From Ignavibacteriota bacterium (lineage in GTDB: Bacteria; Bacteroidota; Ignavibacteria; Kapaibacteriales; UBA2268): a DNA stretch of 64,000 bases. Where the stretch lies: the NCBI GenBank assembly GCA_020437395.1, contig JAGQWJ010000003.1, forward strand, positions 2,973 through 66,972. The letters are read 5' to 3'. Made by a program: the position numbers and the translations under genes. Numbering within the stretch: position 1 is the first letter of the stretch; the number at the start of each line of letters is the position of its first letter. Below, one piece after another: positions 48,752 through 58,037 of the stretch. The notes beneath the pieces were generated by a model. That model saw nothing but the letters and a program-made list of their open reading frames with translations. It had not been told where the DNA came from and searched no databases.

Positions 48752-50383
48752 TTAGTTTATTATAATTTTTCTATAAATAATATTATTCTCAAAATAGATT
48801 TTTAGGAAATATACACTCGACCCTAAATTTGTAATATTAATGGTATTATTAAAAAATTCATTAGATGATTCAAAGACCTTAATCCCTTTTGAATTATAGA
48901 TTTCTACCGATTTAATTATTTCAGCACTTTCTATTACAATTCTGTCAGATAGTTGTTCTACATTTAAATTTGATTGATTATTACTTCTGACGGAGGTTTC
49001 ATTATCATACAAATCACAAGTAAATTCGGATCCACTTTCCAAATAGCCCATAGGCGAAAGGTCTTTGTTTAGGAATGCTGGAAAGTCTTTTGCGAATCTT
49101 TCCACTCTAAAAACTTGATTGCTATTGCTAGTCTCGCCTTGCTTTAGCAATAAACCATTAAATCCAGCTGGGTTTATATATTCCCATACTCTTTCTTTTT
49201 TTGAATTTATCTCTGTAAATCGACCGCTCCAACCTTCACAAATCAATGTGTTTCCATTTGGTAACCTCTGAGATCCAGATAGATTCTTACTGAAAAAATC
49301 ATCTTTATTCACATAAATCCAATAAGGTAAACTCGGTCCGAATTTTCCATCTTTAATCAGATAGTTATTATCTTCGTCAACTTCTGGGTCAATTATGTAA
49401 ATAGCCGAATAGTCAAGATCTTCTGTTTGCCCAATCATATTATTAAATACCATAATCTTACCTCCATCAGGTAAAGAGTCAGGTATCCAATGAGGATCGT
49501 GCTGAGTGTATAATTTAATGTCATCTTCTGTTCCTTGACCATAAGATGAGGGGTTCCCCCATCTATATAGTATGTCACCTCCAAAACCACTTTTCCCACC
49601 TTTGTCAGTTCTTGCTTCTTCAGTTGTTGTCGAATGATCAATTATAATTATCTCGCCGAAGTTGTGATTACTTAACATAATCTGATCCAAACTTGGGTTA
49701 TAATCTAAAGAGTTAAAATGAAGCCAATCCTTATTATTGAATCCTCTTGTACTATAATTTATATTCATTTTTCTTGGGTTGGTTATGTCACCATAATTAT
49801 CTAATTCTTCAGAAATATTCTGAACATAATGGTCCCAGCTATCCCATTCCCAAACTATTTCACCACCTCCATTAATTAAATCAGGTTTAATCTCTACTAC
49901 TTTTTCAGACCATAGTTCATTTGGAGTAATCTCTCTACCTGCTTGAATAGCCTCTTCTTTACTGTGAGTAACCCAAAGCAGAGCAAGAATATTTCCATTA
50001 GGCATAGGTTCAATATCGTGATGCTGACAAAAAGTAGAATCAGAGAGGTAATATTCCCAAATTAGGTTACTGTTCCAATCTAACATTTGAATGAGTCCAC
50101 CATTGCCACCAGCATTAAAAATTTTATTATAAGATTTTCCAGTTCTTACGATTGTACCATTTTCCAGTAAATATACAGTGTTTCCAGGATTAGTATTAGT
50201 AACCCAAGAGTGCACTTTTTCGCCACAATTATTAATTAGATACGTAGTATCACTTGACAAAGGAGCAAACAATGAGTATCCATCAAATGATTCTGGAGTA
50301 TTATAAAACAGCCCAACTGTTTGCTGAGAGTAAATAACATAATTGGTAGATAATAAAAATAATGTTAGTAGTGCTTTTATCAT
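48752..50383 (-). CDS. Arylsulfotransferase (ASST)-family beta-propeller protein with T9SS C-terminal domain
   Basis: ASST-like blocks (CQHHDIEPMPNGNIL, VWEWDSWDH, LHFNSLDYNP, TQHDPHWIP). C-terminal VEIYNSKGIKV...SVYFLKIYFENNIIYRKIIIN. Confidence 0.6.
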   Translation of the reverse strand: MIKALLTLFLLSTNYVIYSQQTVGLFYNTPESFDGYSLFAPLSSDTTYLINNCGEKVHSWVTNTNPGNTVYLLENGTIVRTGKSYNKIFNAGGNGGLIQMLDWNSNLIWEYYLSDSTFCQHHDIEPMPNGNILALLWVTHSKEEAIQAGREITPNELWSEKVVEIKPDLINGGGEIVWEWDSWDHYVQNISEELDNYGDITNPRKMNINYSTRGFNNKDWLHFNSLDYNPSLDQIMLSNHNFGEIIIIDHSTTTEEARTDKGGKSGFGGDILYRWGNPSSYGQGTEDDIKLYTQHDPHWIPDSLPDGGKIMVFNNMIGQTEDLDYSAIYIIDPEVDEDNNYLIKDGKFGPSLPYWIYVNKDDFFSKNLSGSQRLPNGNTLICEGWSGRFTEINSKKERVWEYINPAGFNGLLLKQGETSNSNQVFRVERFAKDFPAFLNKDLSPMGYLESGSEFTCDLYDNETSVRSNNQSNLNVEQLSDRIVIESAEIIKSVEIYNSKGIKVFESSNEFFNNTINITNLGSSVYFLKIYFENNIIYRKIIIN

Positions 50384-50416
50384 AAATAACTCTTTCTTTT
50401 TTCTTAATAAATATTT

Positions 50417-52540
50417 TTATTCACAGATTAAAGTACAAATAAGCTTTCCTGATTTGTTCTTCTTCCATAATTGATTCTTCACATAACCATTCCCACTAAC
50501 CTCTATGGCAATTCCATTCGATTGTAATACAGAGATAGCTCTCCGCAATGAAAACCCCAGAACATTATGTTTTATATCAGTATCCTTAAGTGTAGTGTCT
50601 TTCATATCCACAGGAAATCCAGTAGTTAACACTAACTCCTCGTTCCCCTTGACAAGTTGATTGGGTTGAGGGTACTGATTATAAACAAATTTTCCTTTTT
50701 CAACTTCCGTATATTCAAATTGATAAAATGATAATACTCTGTTTGCCTCATTTGCTTTCATACCAATAATATTTGGCATCATTATACTGTCATTAGTGGC
50801 AATTAATGGATTGTGAATATTTTCATATCCTCGTGAGAGCATCCATCTGGAAGCAATATTCTTAAATATGGGGGCAGAGTTAAATCCACCATAAATACTT
50901 CTACGAGGATTTTCAACAATCACAATCATTGCAATTTGAGGGTCATCGGCAGGGAAAAAACCTGCAAATGATGCATTGTAATCGCTCTTAGAATATCTCC
51001 CATTTGTTATTTTTTGTGAGGTACCCGTCTTTCCAGCTATTTTCATTCCTTCAATCTGTGCTCTTTTGCCCGAACCACTATCCACAACACTAACAAGCAA
51101 ATCGGTAACTCTTTTCGCAGTTTTTTCGGAAACTACTTGTCTTACTTTTTCGGGCTTATTCTGTTTAATGACTTCACCTGCAGCCGTCGTAATCTCTTTA
51201 ATGATGAATGGTTTCATCAAATTCCCACCATTAGCCAAAGCGGCATAGGCATTTACTACTTGCAAAGGCGTTGAATTAAGACCATAGCCATGCCCTAGAT
51301 ATCTTTTCGTATTTACATGGAATTTTTGTGGTTTTGGAACATATCCAGACACTTCACCTGGCAAATCAACATCAGTCGGCAAACCAAATCCGAAGTCTCG
51401 AATATATTTGTACAATAATTCACTTGGTAGTCGGTTTGCAACCTCACCCATAATTATATTAGAAGAATTTTGCATTGCTTCTCTGAATGTAACTTTACCC
51501 ATTCCGTGTACGTCTGCAATCCTAGCACCACCGTGATAAACCGCAACACCATTGTGTCCGTTTAGGATTTCTTCTTCGTTTACAACCCCTTCTTCTATTC
51601 CCATAGCTGCGGTAACCATTTTAAAAGTTGAACCGGGTTCTAGTACATCCGTTATTCCTCTTAGTCGCATACCCTCATTTGAATTTTCATTAATATTGTA
51701 AGGGTCAAACATCGGATAAGAAGCAATTGCTAGAATTTCACCTGTTTGTGGTTTTACGGCAATAACAGTTCCTGCTTCAGCTAATAGCCGCTCCATACCT
51801 GTTTTTAATTCATATTCGACTATTCTTTGTAACTCAATATCAATTGTTAATTCAATATTGTTCCCATGTACTGGTTCGACTATTGGCAAATCTGGAGAGG
51901 GCCTCAGTCTTCTCAATCCATCTCTATACATGTGCATAAAACCACTTCTGCCGTGCAATACTGAATCGTATTGCATTTCGAGACCACTAATACCTTTATT
52001 ATCAATATTAGTAAATCCAATTATTTGTGAACCAGTGGCTCTGTATGGGAAATTTCTTTTAGGTTCCTCAATTGTTAAAAGCCCTTTATCGTTAAGCTGT
52101 AAAGTATTATTCAGCAAGTCGGGTGAAACTCCTCTTTCTAACCAAACAAATGACCCTTTAGCTCTATTTATTTTTGATTTGTATTTACTAATTGGGCTAC
52201 CCAAATCTTTAGATAATGCGGCACAAAGCTTATCGATATTTTCAATCAACGTAGGGTCAGCTGCAATAGAAATTGTCTTGAAAGTAGTAGCTACTAACAT
52301 CCCATTTCTATCATATATATTGCCTCTGTCAGCTCTTAAATCAATTTTTGATTCATGCTGTCTCTTTGCAATCTTTTCATATTTGTCATTATTTATTATT
52401 TGAATAGAAAACAATCGCACAACAACCATCACAAATCCAATAAGTATAACAGTCATTAGTGACCAAAATTTCCAAAATTTTCCTTTTGGTCCCTTGTATT
52501 CGCTATTCTCTTTGAAATATGTATTAATCTTTTGTTTCAT
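50417..52540 (-). CDS. ftsI: Class B penicillin-binding protein (FtsI-type transpeptidase) with C-terminal PASTA domains
   Basis: STFK, SSN and KTGT motifs. N-terminal TM anchor. Lies immediately downstream of ftsL. Confidence 0.85.
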   Translation of the reverse strand: MKQKINTYFKENSEYKGPKGKFWKFWSLMTVILIGFVMVVVRLFSIQIINNDKYEKIAKRQHESKIDLRADRGNIYDRNGMLVATTFKTISIAADPTLIENIDKLCAALSKDLGSPISKYKSKINRAKGSFVWLERGVSPDLLNNTLQLNDKGLLTIEEPKRNFPYRATGSQIIGFTNIDNKGISGLEMQYDSVLHGRSGFMHMYRDGLRRLRPSPDLPIVEPVHGNNIELTIDIELQRIVEYELKTGMERLLAEAGTVIAVKPQTGEILAIASYPMFDPYNINENSNEGMRLRGITDVLEPGSTFKMVTAAMGIEEGVVNEEEILNGHNGVAVYHGGARIADVHGMGKVTFREAMQNSSNIIMGEVANRLPSELLYKYIRDFGFGLPTDVDLPGEVSGYVPKPQKFHVNTKRYLGHGYGLNSTPLQVVNAYAALANGGNLMKPFIIKEITTAAGEVIKQNKPEKVRQVVSEKTAKRVTDLLVSVVDSGSGKRAQIEGMKIAGKTGTSQKITNGRYSKSDYNASFAGFFPADDPQIAMIVIVENPRRSIYGGFNSAPIFKNIASRWMLSRGYENIHNPLIATNDSIMMPNIIGMKANEANRVLSFYQFEYTEVEKGKFVYNQYPQPNQLVKGNEELVLTTGFPVDMKDTTLKDTDIKHNVLGFSLRRAISVLQSNGIAIEVSGNGYVKNQLWKKNKSGKLICTLICE

Positions 52541-52871
52541 TGTATTCTATTACCAGAGGTGCCTCGTCCGAGAGACTCATATTAAGTTTTTCTTCAGCAA
52601 TTCTAATTATTCTCTCAGGAGATTGCAGTCTTTTTACTCTTCCATCTACAATCTTTCTTTTATTATTTAGGTCGTCTATTTTCTTTTCTAATCCTCTTAT
52701 CTCGCTAAGAAGCTGCGTAGTATCGTTTACATTTCCAACATAAAACACGCCAGCTGCTGCTATAACAATAAGATATAAGACTATAACCCAACGATTTAGG
52801 TTCAGCCAATTCTTAAAGAAAGCTGTGATTTGTGACTTATTATTATTAATATTTATACTGCGTTTTTCCAA
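52524..52871 (-). CDS. ftsL: FtsL-like cell-division protein
   Basis: 115 aa with a single TM helix followed by a coiled coil. Overlaps the ftsI start. Confidence 0.6.
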   Translation of the reverse strand: MEKRSININNNKSQITAFFKNWLNLNRWVIVLYLIVIAAAGVFYVGNVNDTTQLLSEIRGLEKKIDDLNNKRKIVDGRVKRLQSPERIIRIAEEKLNMSLSDEAPLVIEYNETKD

Positions 52872-53117
52872 TTTCTTAAAGCTTCTCCCCCCGAAGAAGA
52901 AAATTATAAATGCAAAATATCAAATCAATTAGAACAAAAAAAATTCTTTTTAATTTTTGAAATTACAAAAAAAATTATAACTTGCCTTCGAACGAACACA
53001 CCGAGTGACCTATTTATTCAAAATAATAGACAATTAAGACTACAAATCTCGTAGAAGTTCAATTCAAAAATAGATCCAATAAATGAATATTATAAATTAT
53101 TTCTTTACAAATACGTT

Positions 53118-54503
53118 ATGAAACAACGAGACAATAGAAGACCAAAGAGAAAATTCTCTTCTGGCAGGGACTCTAATAGTTATAAAAGAACTAGCCGTAT
53201 AACACCATCGCAATCACCACCTCCTGTTCCTCTAATAGACATAGATGAGCTAAAAACAAAAAAAATCTCTGAGCTCAACGAGATCTCCAAATCATTGGGA
53301 ATTACTGGCATAAGCGGGCTACGCAAACAGGACCTAATACTTAAGATTGTAGAAGAGCAACGCAACAAGAGAGAGCAATCTGCTAATGACGATGGGTTAT
53401 TAGCGAGTGGAGGTGTATTAGAAGTATTACCTGATGGTTATGGTTTTTTGCGTTCGCAAAGCTATAATTACTTACCTTCGCCAGATGATATTTATGTCTC
53501 GCCTTCACAGATAAAAAGATTTGGAATGCAAACTGGTGATACGGTCACTGGTATGGTTCGTCCACCCAAAGAAGCTGAGAGATTTTACGCTTTATTGAAA
53601 GTTGAAACTATCAACTTCTCAGCTCCTGAAACAATAAGAGATAGAATATTATTTGATAATCTAACACCTCTATACCCTGACCAAAAACTAAACCTGGAAT
53701 CAATTCCAACTGATTATTCAATGAGAATTGTTGATTTACTATCACCAATAGGAAAAGGTCAAAGAGGGCTAATAGTAGCACCTCCTAAATCTGGTAAAAC
53801 TGTTATTCTTCAGAAAATGGCAAATGCAATAGCACGAAATCATGCTGAAGTAAAGTTAATAGTATTACTTATAGATGAAAGACCAGAGGAAGTAACGGAC
53901 ATGGAACGTTCAGTGAAAGCAGAAGTTGTCGCTTCTACTTTCGATGAGCCACCAGAAAGACACGTACAAGTTGCTGAAATGGTAATAGAAAAATCGAAAA
54001 GATTAGTTGAAGCTGGACAAGATGTAGTTATACTCCTAGACTCAATTACTCGTCTTGCACGTGCGTACAACACTGTTATTCCTCATTCTGGTAAAATACT
54101 ATCAGGTGGTGTGGATGCCAATGCACTTCACAAGCCAAAGAGATTCTTTGGTGCCGCACGTAATATAGAAGGTGGAGGTTCGCTTACTATAATAGCAACA
54201 ACACTTATAGAAACTGGTTCTAAGATGGATGATGTTATCTTTGAAGAGTTCAAAGGTACTGGTAATATGGAGTTAGTCTTAGACAGAAAGATTTCGAATA
54301 GAAGAATTTATCCTGCTATTGAGGTTAATAGATCTGGAACTAGAAAAGAAGAGCTTTTAATAGACGAAGACAAACTTCGCCGTATATGGGTACTTCGTAA
54401 AGTGCTTAACGATATGGAGTCTATCCAAGCAGTTGAGTTCCTACTGGACCGATTACGCAACACTGAGAGCAATGACCAATTCCTAAATGGTCTGAATTCT
54501 TAG
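53118..54503 (+). CDS. rho: Transcription termination factor Rho
   Basis: Rho_N ([13 protein letters not shown]), OB/CSD ([14 protein letters not shown]), P-loop APPKSGKT. Basic N-terminal extension of about 45 aa. Confidence 0.95.
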   Translation: MKQRDNRRPKRKFSSGRDSNSYKRTSRITPSQSPPPVPLIDIDELKTKKISELNEISKSLGITGISGLRKQDLILKIVEEQRNKREQSANDDGLLASGGVLEVLPDGYGFLRSQSYNYLPSPDDIYVSPSQIKRFGMQTGDTVTGMVRPPKEAERFYALLKVETINFSAPETIRDRILFDNLTPLYPDQKLNLESIPTDYSMRIVDLLSPIGKGQRGLIVAPPKSGKTVILQKMANAIARNHAEVKLIVLLIDERPEEVTDMERSVKAEVVASTFDEPPERHVQVAEMVIEKSKRLVEAGQDVVILLDSITRLARAYNTVIPHSGKILSGGVDANALHKPKRFFGAARNIEGGGSLTIIATTLIETGSKMDDVIFEEFKGTGNMELVLDRKISNRRIYPAIEVNRSGTRKEELLIDEDKLRRIWVLRKVLNDMESIQAVEFLLDRLRNTESNDQFLNGLNS

Positions 54504-54530
54504 AGACTATAAGAAATAGAAATCGAAATG

Positions 54531-54562
54531 TGGCTGCCCGAATTAGGCGGCCATTTTTGTTT
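54531..54562 (+). terminator. Intrinsic terminator after rho; copy 1 of a repeated hairpin
   Basis: TGGCTGCC (54531-38) / GGCGGCCA (54546-53) with one G-U pair, followed by TTTTTGTTT. Confidence 0.7.
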
Positions 54563-54700
54563 GTGTTAAATGCTATATAAATAAATAGTTAATATACATT
54601 CCTCCTTAAAGTAAACAAAGGTCTATATAAAAAAGTAGATTTGGGAAGTTTGTATAAGAAAGATTAAATATAAGACTGTTGATAACTTTTATTTGGAATT

Positions 54701-54718
54701 GTGTGTGTGTGTGTGTGT
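54701..54718. repeat. Dinucleotide microsatellite (GT)9
   Basis: Nine perfect GT units, 48 nt upstream of the ATG at 54766. Located between TTGGAA (54693-98) and TAATTT (54718-23). Confidence 0.95.
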
Positions 54719-54765
54719 AATTTAGCTCATTAAAACGATTTTTTATTAATTTATGAGGTGTTTAA

Positions 54766-55209
54766 ATGAAGTATTACATAATATTTATGTTTTTTACTTG
54801 TTGTAGTTTGTTAGCACAAACTCAAACAAATATAGCACATTTAGATAGTGGACTTGTAATAAGTGAACAAGTTCTTATTGATGCTTTTGAAGAGGAAACA
54901 GGGGATTCGATAAATTCAGTAAATTTCTATCATGATCCTTTCGATGGTAACTATTACCTAGAGGCGACTTCTTTTGTAATAGGTGATATAAAGAATGTTT
55001 ATTATTGGAAACTCTCCATTTCAATATCATCTGGTTATGCAACTGCAGAAGCAGACCCAACTCATGGTAAATATACAAACTGTAAAATGACAGGATGTAC
55101 ATGTGCACTACCTTGCGGACCTTGTGTCAATGAGAACAGTTCAGGCACTTGTACATCAACAGCAATTGACAAACAACTTTTAGATGGACACATTGGTACA
55201 TTTTTCTAA
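54766..55209 (+). CDS. Small secreted protein with Cys-rich C-terminus (hypothetical)
   Basis: GAGGTG RBS. Signal peptide MKYYIIFMFFTCCSLLAQ. C-terminal NCKMTGCTCALPCGPCVNENSSGTCTS. Confidence 0.55.
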   Translation: MKYYIIFMFFTCCSLLAQTQTNIAHLDSGLVISEQVLIDAFEEETGDSINSVNFYHDPFDGNYYLEATSFVIGDIKNVYYWKLSISISSGYATAEADPTHGKYTNCKMTGCTCALPCGPCVNENSSGTCTSTAIDKQLLDGHIGTFF

Positions 55210-56323
55210 GATTATATTAATTTTCGTATTAATTAAAGTATCTTTAATTGCAAATCCATTCAATATTAAATTTGATTCAACATATAGTGATACAATTTAT
55301 ATATATAATGGTATTTCTTCTGTTTATGGTCAAAACCCTGACCAGTTTATTGGTAAGTATTTTATTAAAGATAGTTTAACAGTTGACTTGAATAATATAG
55401 AGAACAACATATCAATTTTTTTTCCATCTACCTCGACATATTTAGATTTTAATAGTGATTCTTTTTCGGAGATAATACTAAAGGATAATTCAGATGGAAG
55501 TTACTATTTTGTAAATAAAGAAAAATTGAAATCTTCAGAAGCCGATATTAAAAAGTCTCAATTTCGAAGCCAATTTGAAAAAGAATGTGCCAATGATACA
55601 TCGTTAGTTGATGCAGATTACTTGAAATTTATTTCTAAATATTCTGAAATAAGTAGGGAACAATTTACAATTGATGATTTGTATTTTATAAGTGGTATAT
55701 TTTTCTCAAAATTGGAAATGGGTTATAGAGATTTCATTAATTGGATTTTGAATGATTCAAAAAATAATAGATTCAACGAAGCATTATTACATTTACTTTA
55801 TACTGATATTATAAATAGTCAACTAAAATTTGTTGAAAAAGATAAATTGATTAAACAAATAGAAAACTATACCTTTACTGAAGGAGGATTGTTCTCATTA
55901 AAACAAAAATCAAGTTACTCTAATGTTCTAAAAGGCGAATCCGCCTATTCAAGTAAGTTACTTGATAGTTTATTGGAAAAATCAAATTATTCGATTCTAT
56001 ATTTTACAGCTAGTTGGTGTGGGCCTTGTAAGCTTTATGTTGACTCTATAAAAACAAGTATAGAGTTATCCAAGACGTTGGAACATGTAGATTTCTATCT
56101 ATTTGCAATGGAAGCTAGCCAGAATAATGTTAGAAAAACAATTGAAGAATATGGATTTGATGCTACTATTTACTTAAAAGGACTAAATTCAAATCCTTTA
56201 TGTAAGGAATTCTTTATTCAAAACCTACCTTCAATGTTAGTTTTAAGAAATGGGGGTTTAATTCATAAGAATTGGATTTCTCCATTGGAATTACCAGAGT
56301 ATATAAGAAGTTTACAGCTCTAA
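55184..56323 (+). CDS. Membrane-anchored protein with C-terminal thioredoxin-fold (TlpA/redoxin-like) domain
   Basis: N-terminal hydrophobic anchor. C-terminal ILYFTASWCGPCKLY (WCGPC active site). Confidence 0.65.
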   Translation: MDTLVHFSKIILIFVLIKVSLIANPFNIKFDSTYSDTIYIYNGISSVYGQNPDQFIGKYFIKDSLTVDLNNIENNISIFFPSTSTYLDFNSDSFSEIILKDNSDGSYYFVNKEKLKSSEADIKKSQFRSQFEKECANDTSLVDADYLKFISKYSEISREQFTIDDLYFISGIFFSKLEMGYRDFINWILNDSKNNRFNEALLHLLYTDIINSQLKFVEKDKLIKQIENYTFTEGGLFSLKQKSSYSNVLKGESAYSSKLLDSLLEKSNYSILYFTASWCGPCKLYVDSIKTSIELSKTLEHVDFYLFAMEASQNNVRKTIEEYGFDATIYLKGLNSNPLCKEFFIQNLPSMLVLRNGGLIHKNWISPLELPEYIRSLQL

Positions 56324-56373
56324 AATTATTATTGATTAACAAATTTTTAAATTAAATTTAGGAGATAATCAGA

Positions 56374-56839
56374 ATGAGTACAAGAAATAGAATAATAATA
56401 TTGCTACTCGCTTTTGTTACCATAAGCTATGCCTCGTTTGCTTATAAATCTAAGATAATAGGTGTAGGTTTTGGATACACAGCTTACGCAATTGATTTAG
56501 ATGAAGATGGATTTTGATTTGGAGACATGGCAGTTCGGAAATGGGACACAAGTTTCTTGGGATTGGTGTGATGGACCATACTCATCAGTGATTTGCAATA
56601 CAGCAAAAAAAGCGAATGTGAATACAATAGATTTTATTGTAATAAATAATATAATGCGAATAAATGACAATAGTTTTTCATCTTACGAAGTAATTAATAT
56701 TTCAGGACAAGTCATAATGAAAGATATGTTATTAGATAAAACAATTAATTTAGATTATCTAGAAAGCGGTATTTATGTAGTAAGACTATTTGATGAAGAT
56801 GGAAATGAAAACAATGTTACTCTAAATATAATGAAATAA
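56374..56839 (+). pseudogene. Small T9SS-sorted secreted protein gene, frameshifted at a T4 run
   Basis: AGGAG RBS plus an ATG at 56374 encode the signal peptide MSTRNRIIILLLAFVTISYA... This frame ends at the TGA at 56515-17. The +1 frame continues (DLETWQFGNG...) to a Por_Secre_tail-like C-terminus. Loss of one T in 56512-56515 would fuse the two frames. Confidence 0.65.
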
Positions 56840-56849
56840 GGTATATAAA

Positions 56850-57536
56850 ATGAAAAAAATAATATTAATAATGACGATAATAATTATAAGCCCTATTCTT
56901 TCTTATTCTGGTTACCCTGAAAGTGTAATGTTCTTAGGTGACTGTAATTCGTCTAATCCTGAGTTAGATTATCTTAAATTCGAGTTTTTAAATACAGATA
57001 CAAATCAAGCAATTTATAAGTCTGTACTATATGTTGATTGTTCAGTATCACCAAATTTTTACTATCTAGAGAAGAAAGCTTCAGAATTAAAAGACACTGA
57101 TACAACATATTCTTTCGATGATGTAAATATTAAATTGATTAGAAGTTCTTTGGACACTTCCACTTCACATTTCGAAGTTGTAGGCGAATTATATTATAAT
57201 TTAGATTCAGACTCAAAAGGCCTATTATTCTTGGATTCTAGACTAGCAAGCTCTGATACAGTAAATATAGTTGATCCTAATAACCCTATGTCTATATTTG
57301 AATATAATGTTAAAACATCGAAATACAATGGTTACATTTTATCATGGACTGGGGAAACAGATTATTTTAATGAATATACAATTCTTGAGATACAAGAAGT
57401 ATTAGTTTTTAATGATGGTGATAACTATTTATACAGGTTAGAAGATACTGACAGAGGTAATAAATTAGTAGGTCTAAAATACTATAGTAATAATAATTCT
57501 ACTCTTTACACAAGATATTTTGAACCAAATAATTGA
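56850..57536 (+). CDS. Hypothetical secreted protein
   Basis: Signal peptide MKKIILIMTIIIISPILSYS. No recognisable domain. Confidence 0.45.
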   Translation: MKKIILIMTIIIISPILSYSGYPESVMFLGDCNSSNPELDYLKFEFLNTDTNQAIYKSVLYVDCSVSPNFYYLEKKASELKDTDTTYSFDDVNIKLIRSSLDTSTSHFEVVGELYYNLDSDSKGLLFLDSRLASSDTVNIVDPNNPMSIFEYNVKTSKYNGYILSWTGETDYFNEYTILEIQEVLVFNDGDNYLYRLEDTDRGNKLVGLKYYSNNNSTLYTRYFEPNN

Positions 57537-57584
57537 TATTTATCAATAGAAATAAAAAAACATGTGCTAAGCGAATACAAAAAA

Positions 57585-57606
57585 TGGCTGCCCAATTGGG
57601 CGGCCA
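57585..57606 (+). repeat. Copy 2 of the TGGCTGCCC/GGGCGGCCA hairpin
   Basis: TGGCTGCCC-aatt-GGGCGGCCA. Same arms as the rho terminator hairpin at 54531-54553. Confidence 0.7.
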
Positions 57607-57645
57607 ATATTGTAATAGGAACTAATAAATCTTAGAAAAAAGTGT

Positions 57646-57830
57646 CTATTTCACATGCCCCTTGGCTTGCAATTCCTATATCACATCTTCTGCAAATTTC
57701 TCGATAATTGTTTCTATGTCCATACCCACCATATTCACCTGAGCAGTGGTGCTTGAGTATCCCTTCCATGCCGTTTTATTAGTAGTCACATCTATTAGAT
57801 CAGCATAGTATCGTTGATTTGTCAGGCAAA
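57646..57830 (-). pseudogene. 3' remnant of a DUF4136-like lipoprotein gene
   Basis: Minus-strand reading: LTNQRYYADLIDVTTNKTAWKGYSSTTAQVNMVGMDIETIIEKFAEDVI*ELQAKGHVK*. It aligns with the C-terminus of 28782-29450. There is no start codon, and an in-frame TAG lies at 57678-57676. Confidence 0.75.
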
Positions 57831-57965
57831 GTTATCATCAATAATAATACTGACCTCACCACAAGTAATACTATAAATGTAAGCACTCTTCAATCTGGAG
57901 TTTATTTCCTTGAGCTAACCGACACAAAAGGTGTCAAATATTCTAAGAAGTTTGTGGTGGAGTAG
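57810..57965 (+). pseudogene. 3' remnant of a T9SS C-terminal sorting domain
   Basis: IVDLSGKVIINNNTDLTTSNTINVSTLQSGVYFLELTDTKGVKYSKKFVVE*. No upstream coding body and no start codon. Confidence 0.7.
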
Positions 57966-58037
57966 TATTTATTTCCTAGATTCTTCTAACGCTTGCAGCG
58001 TTATCAGAATGACTGGACTTTTCTTAGGCTGTCGGCC

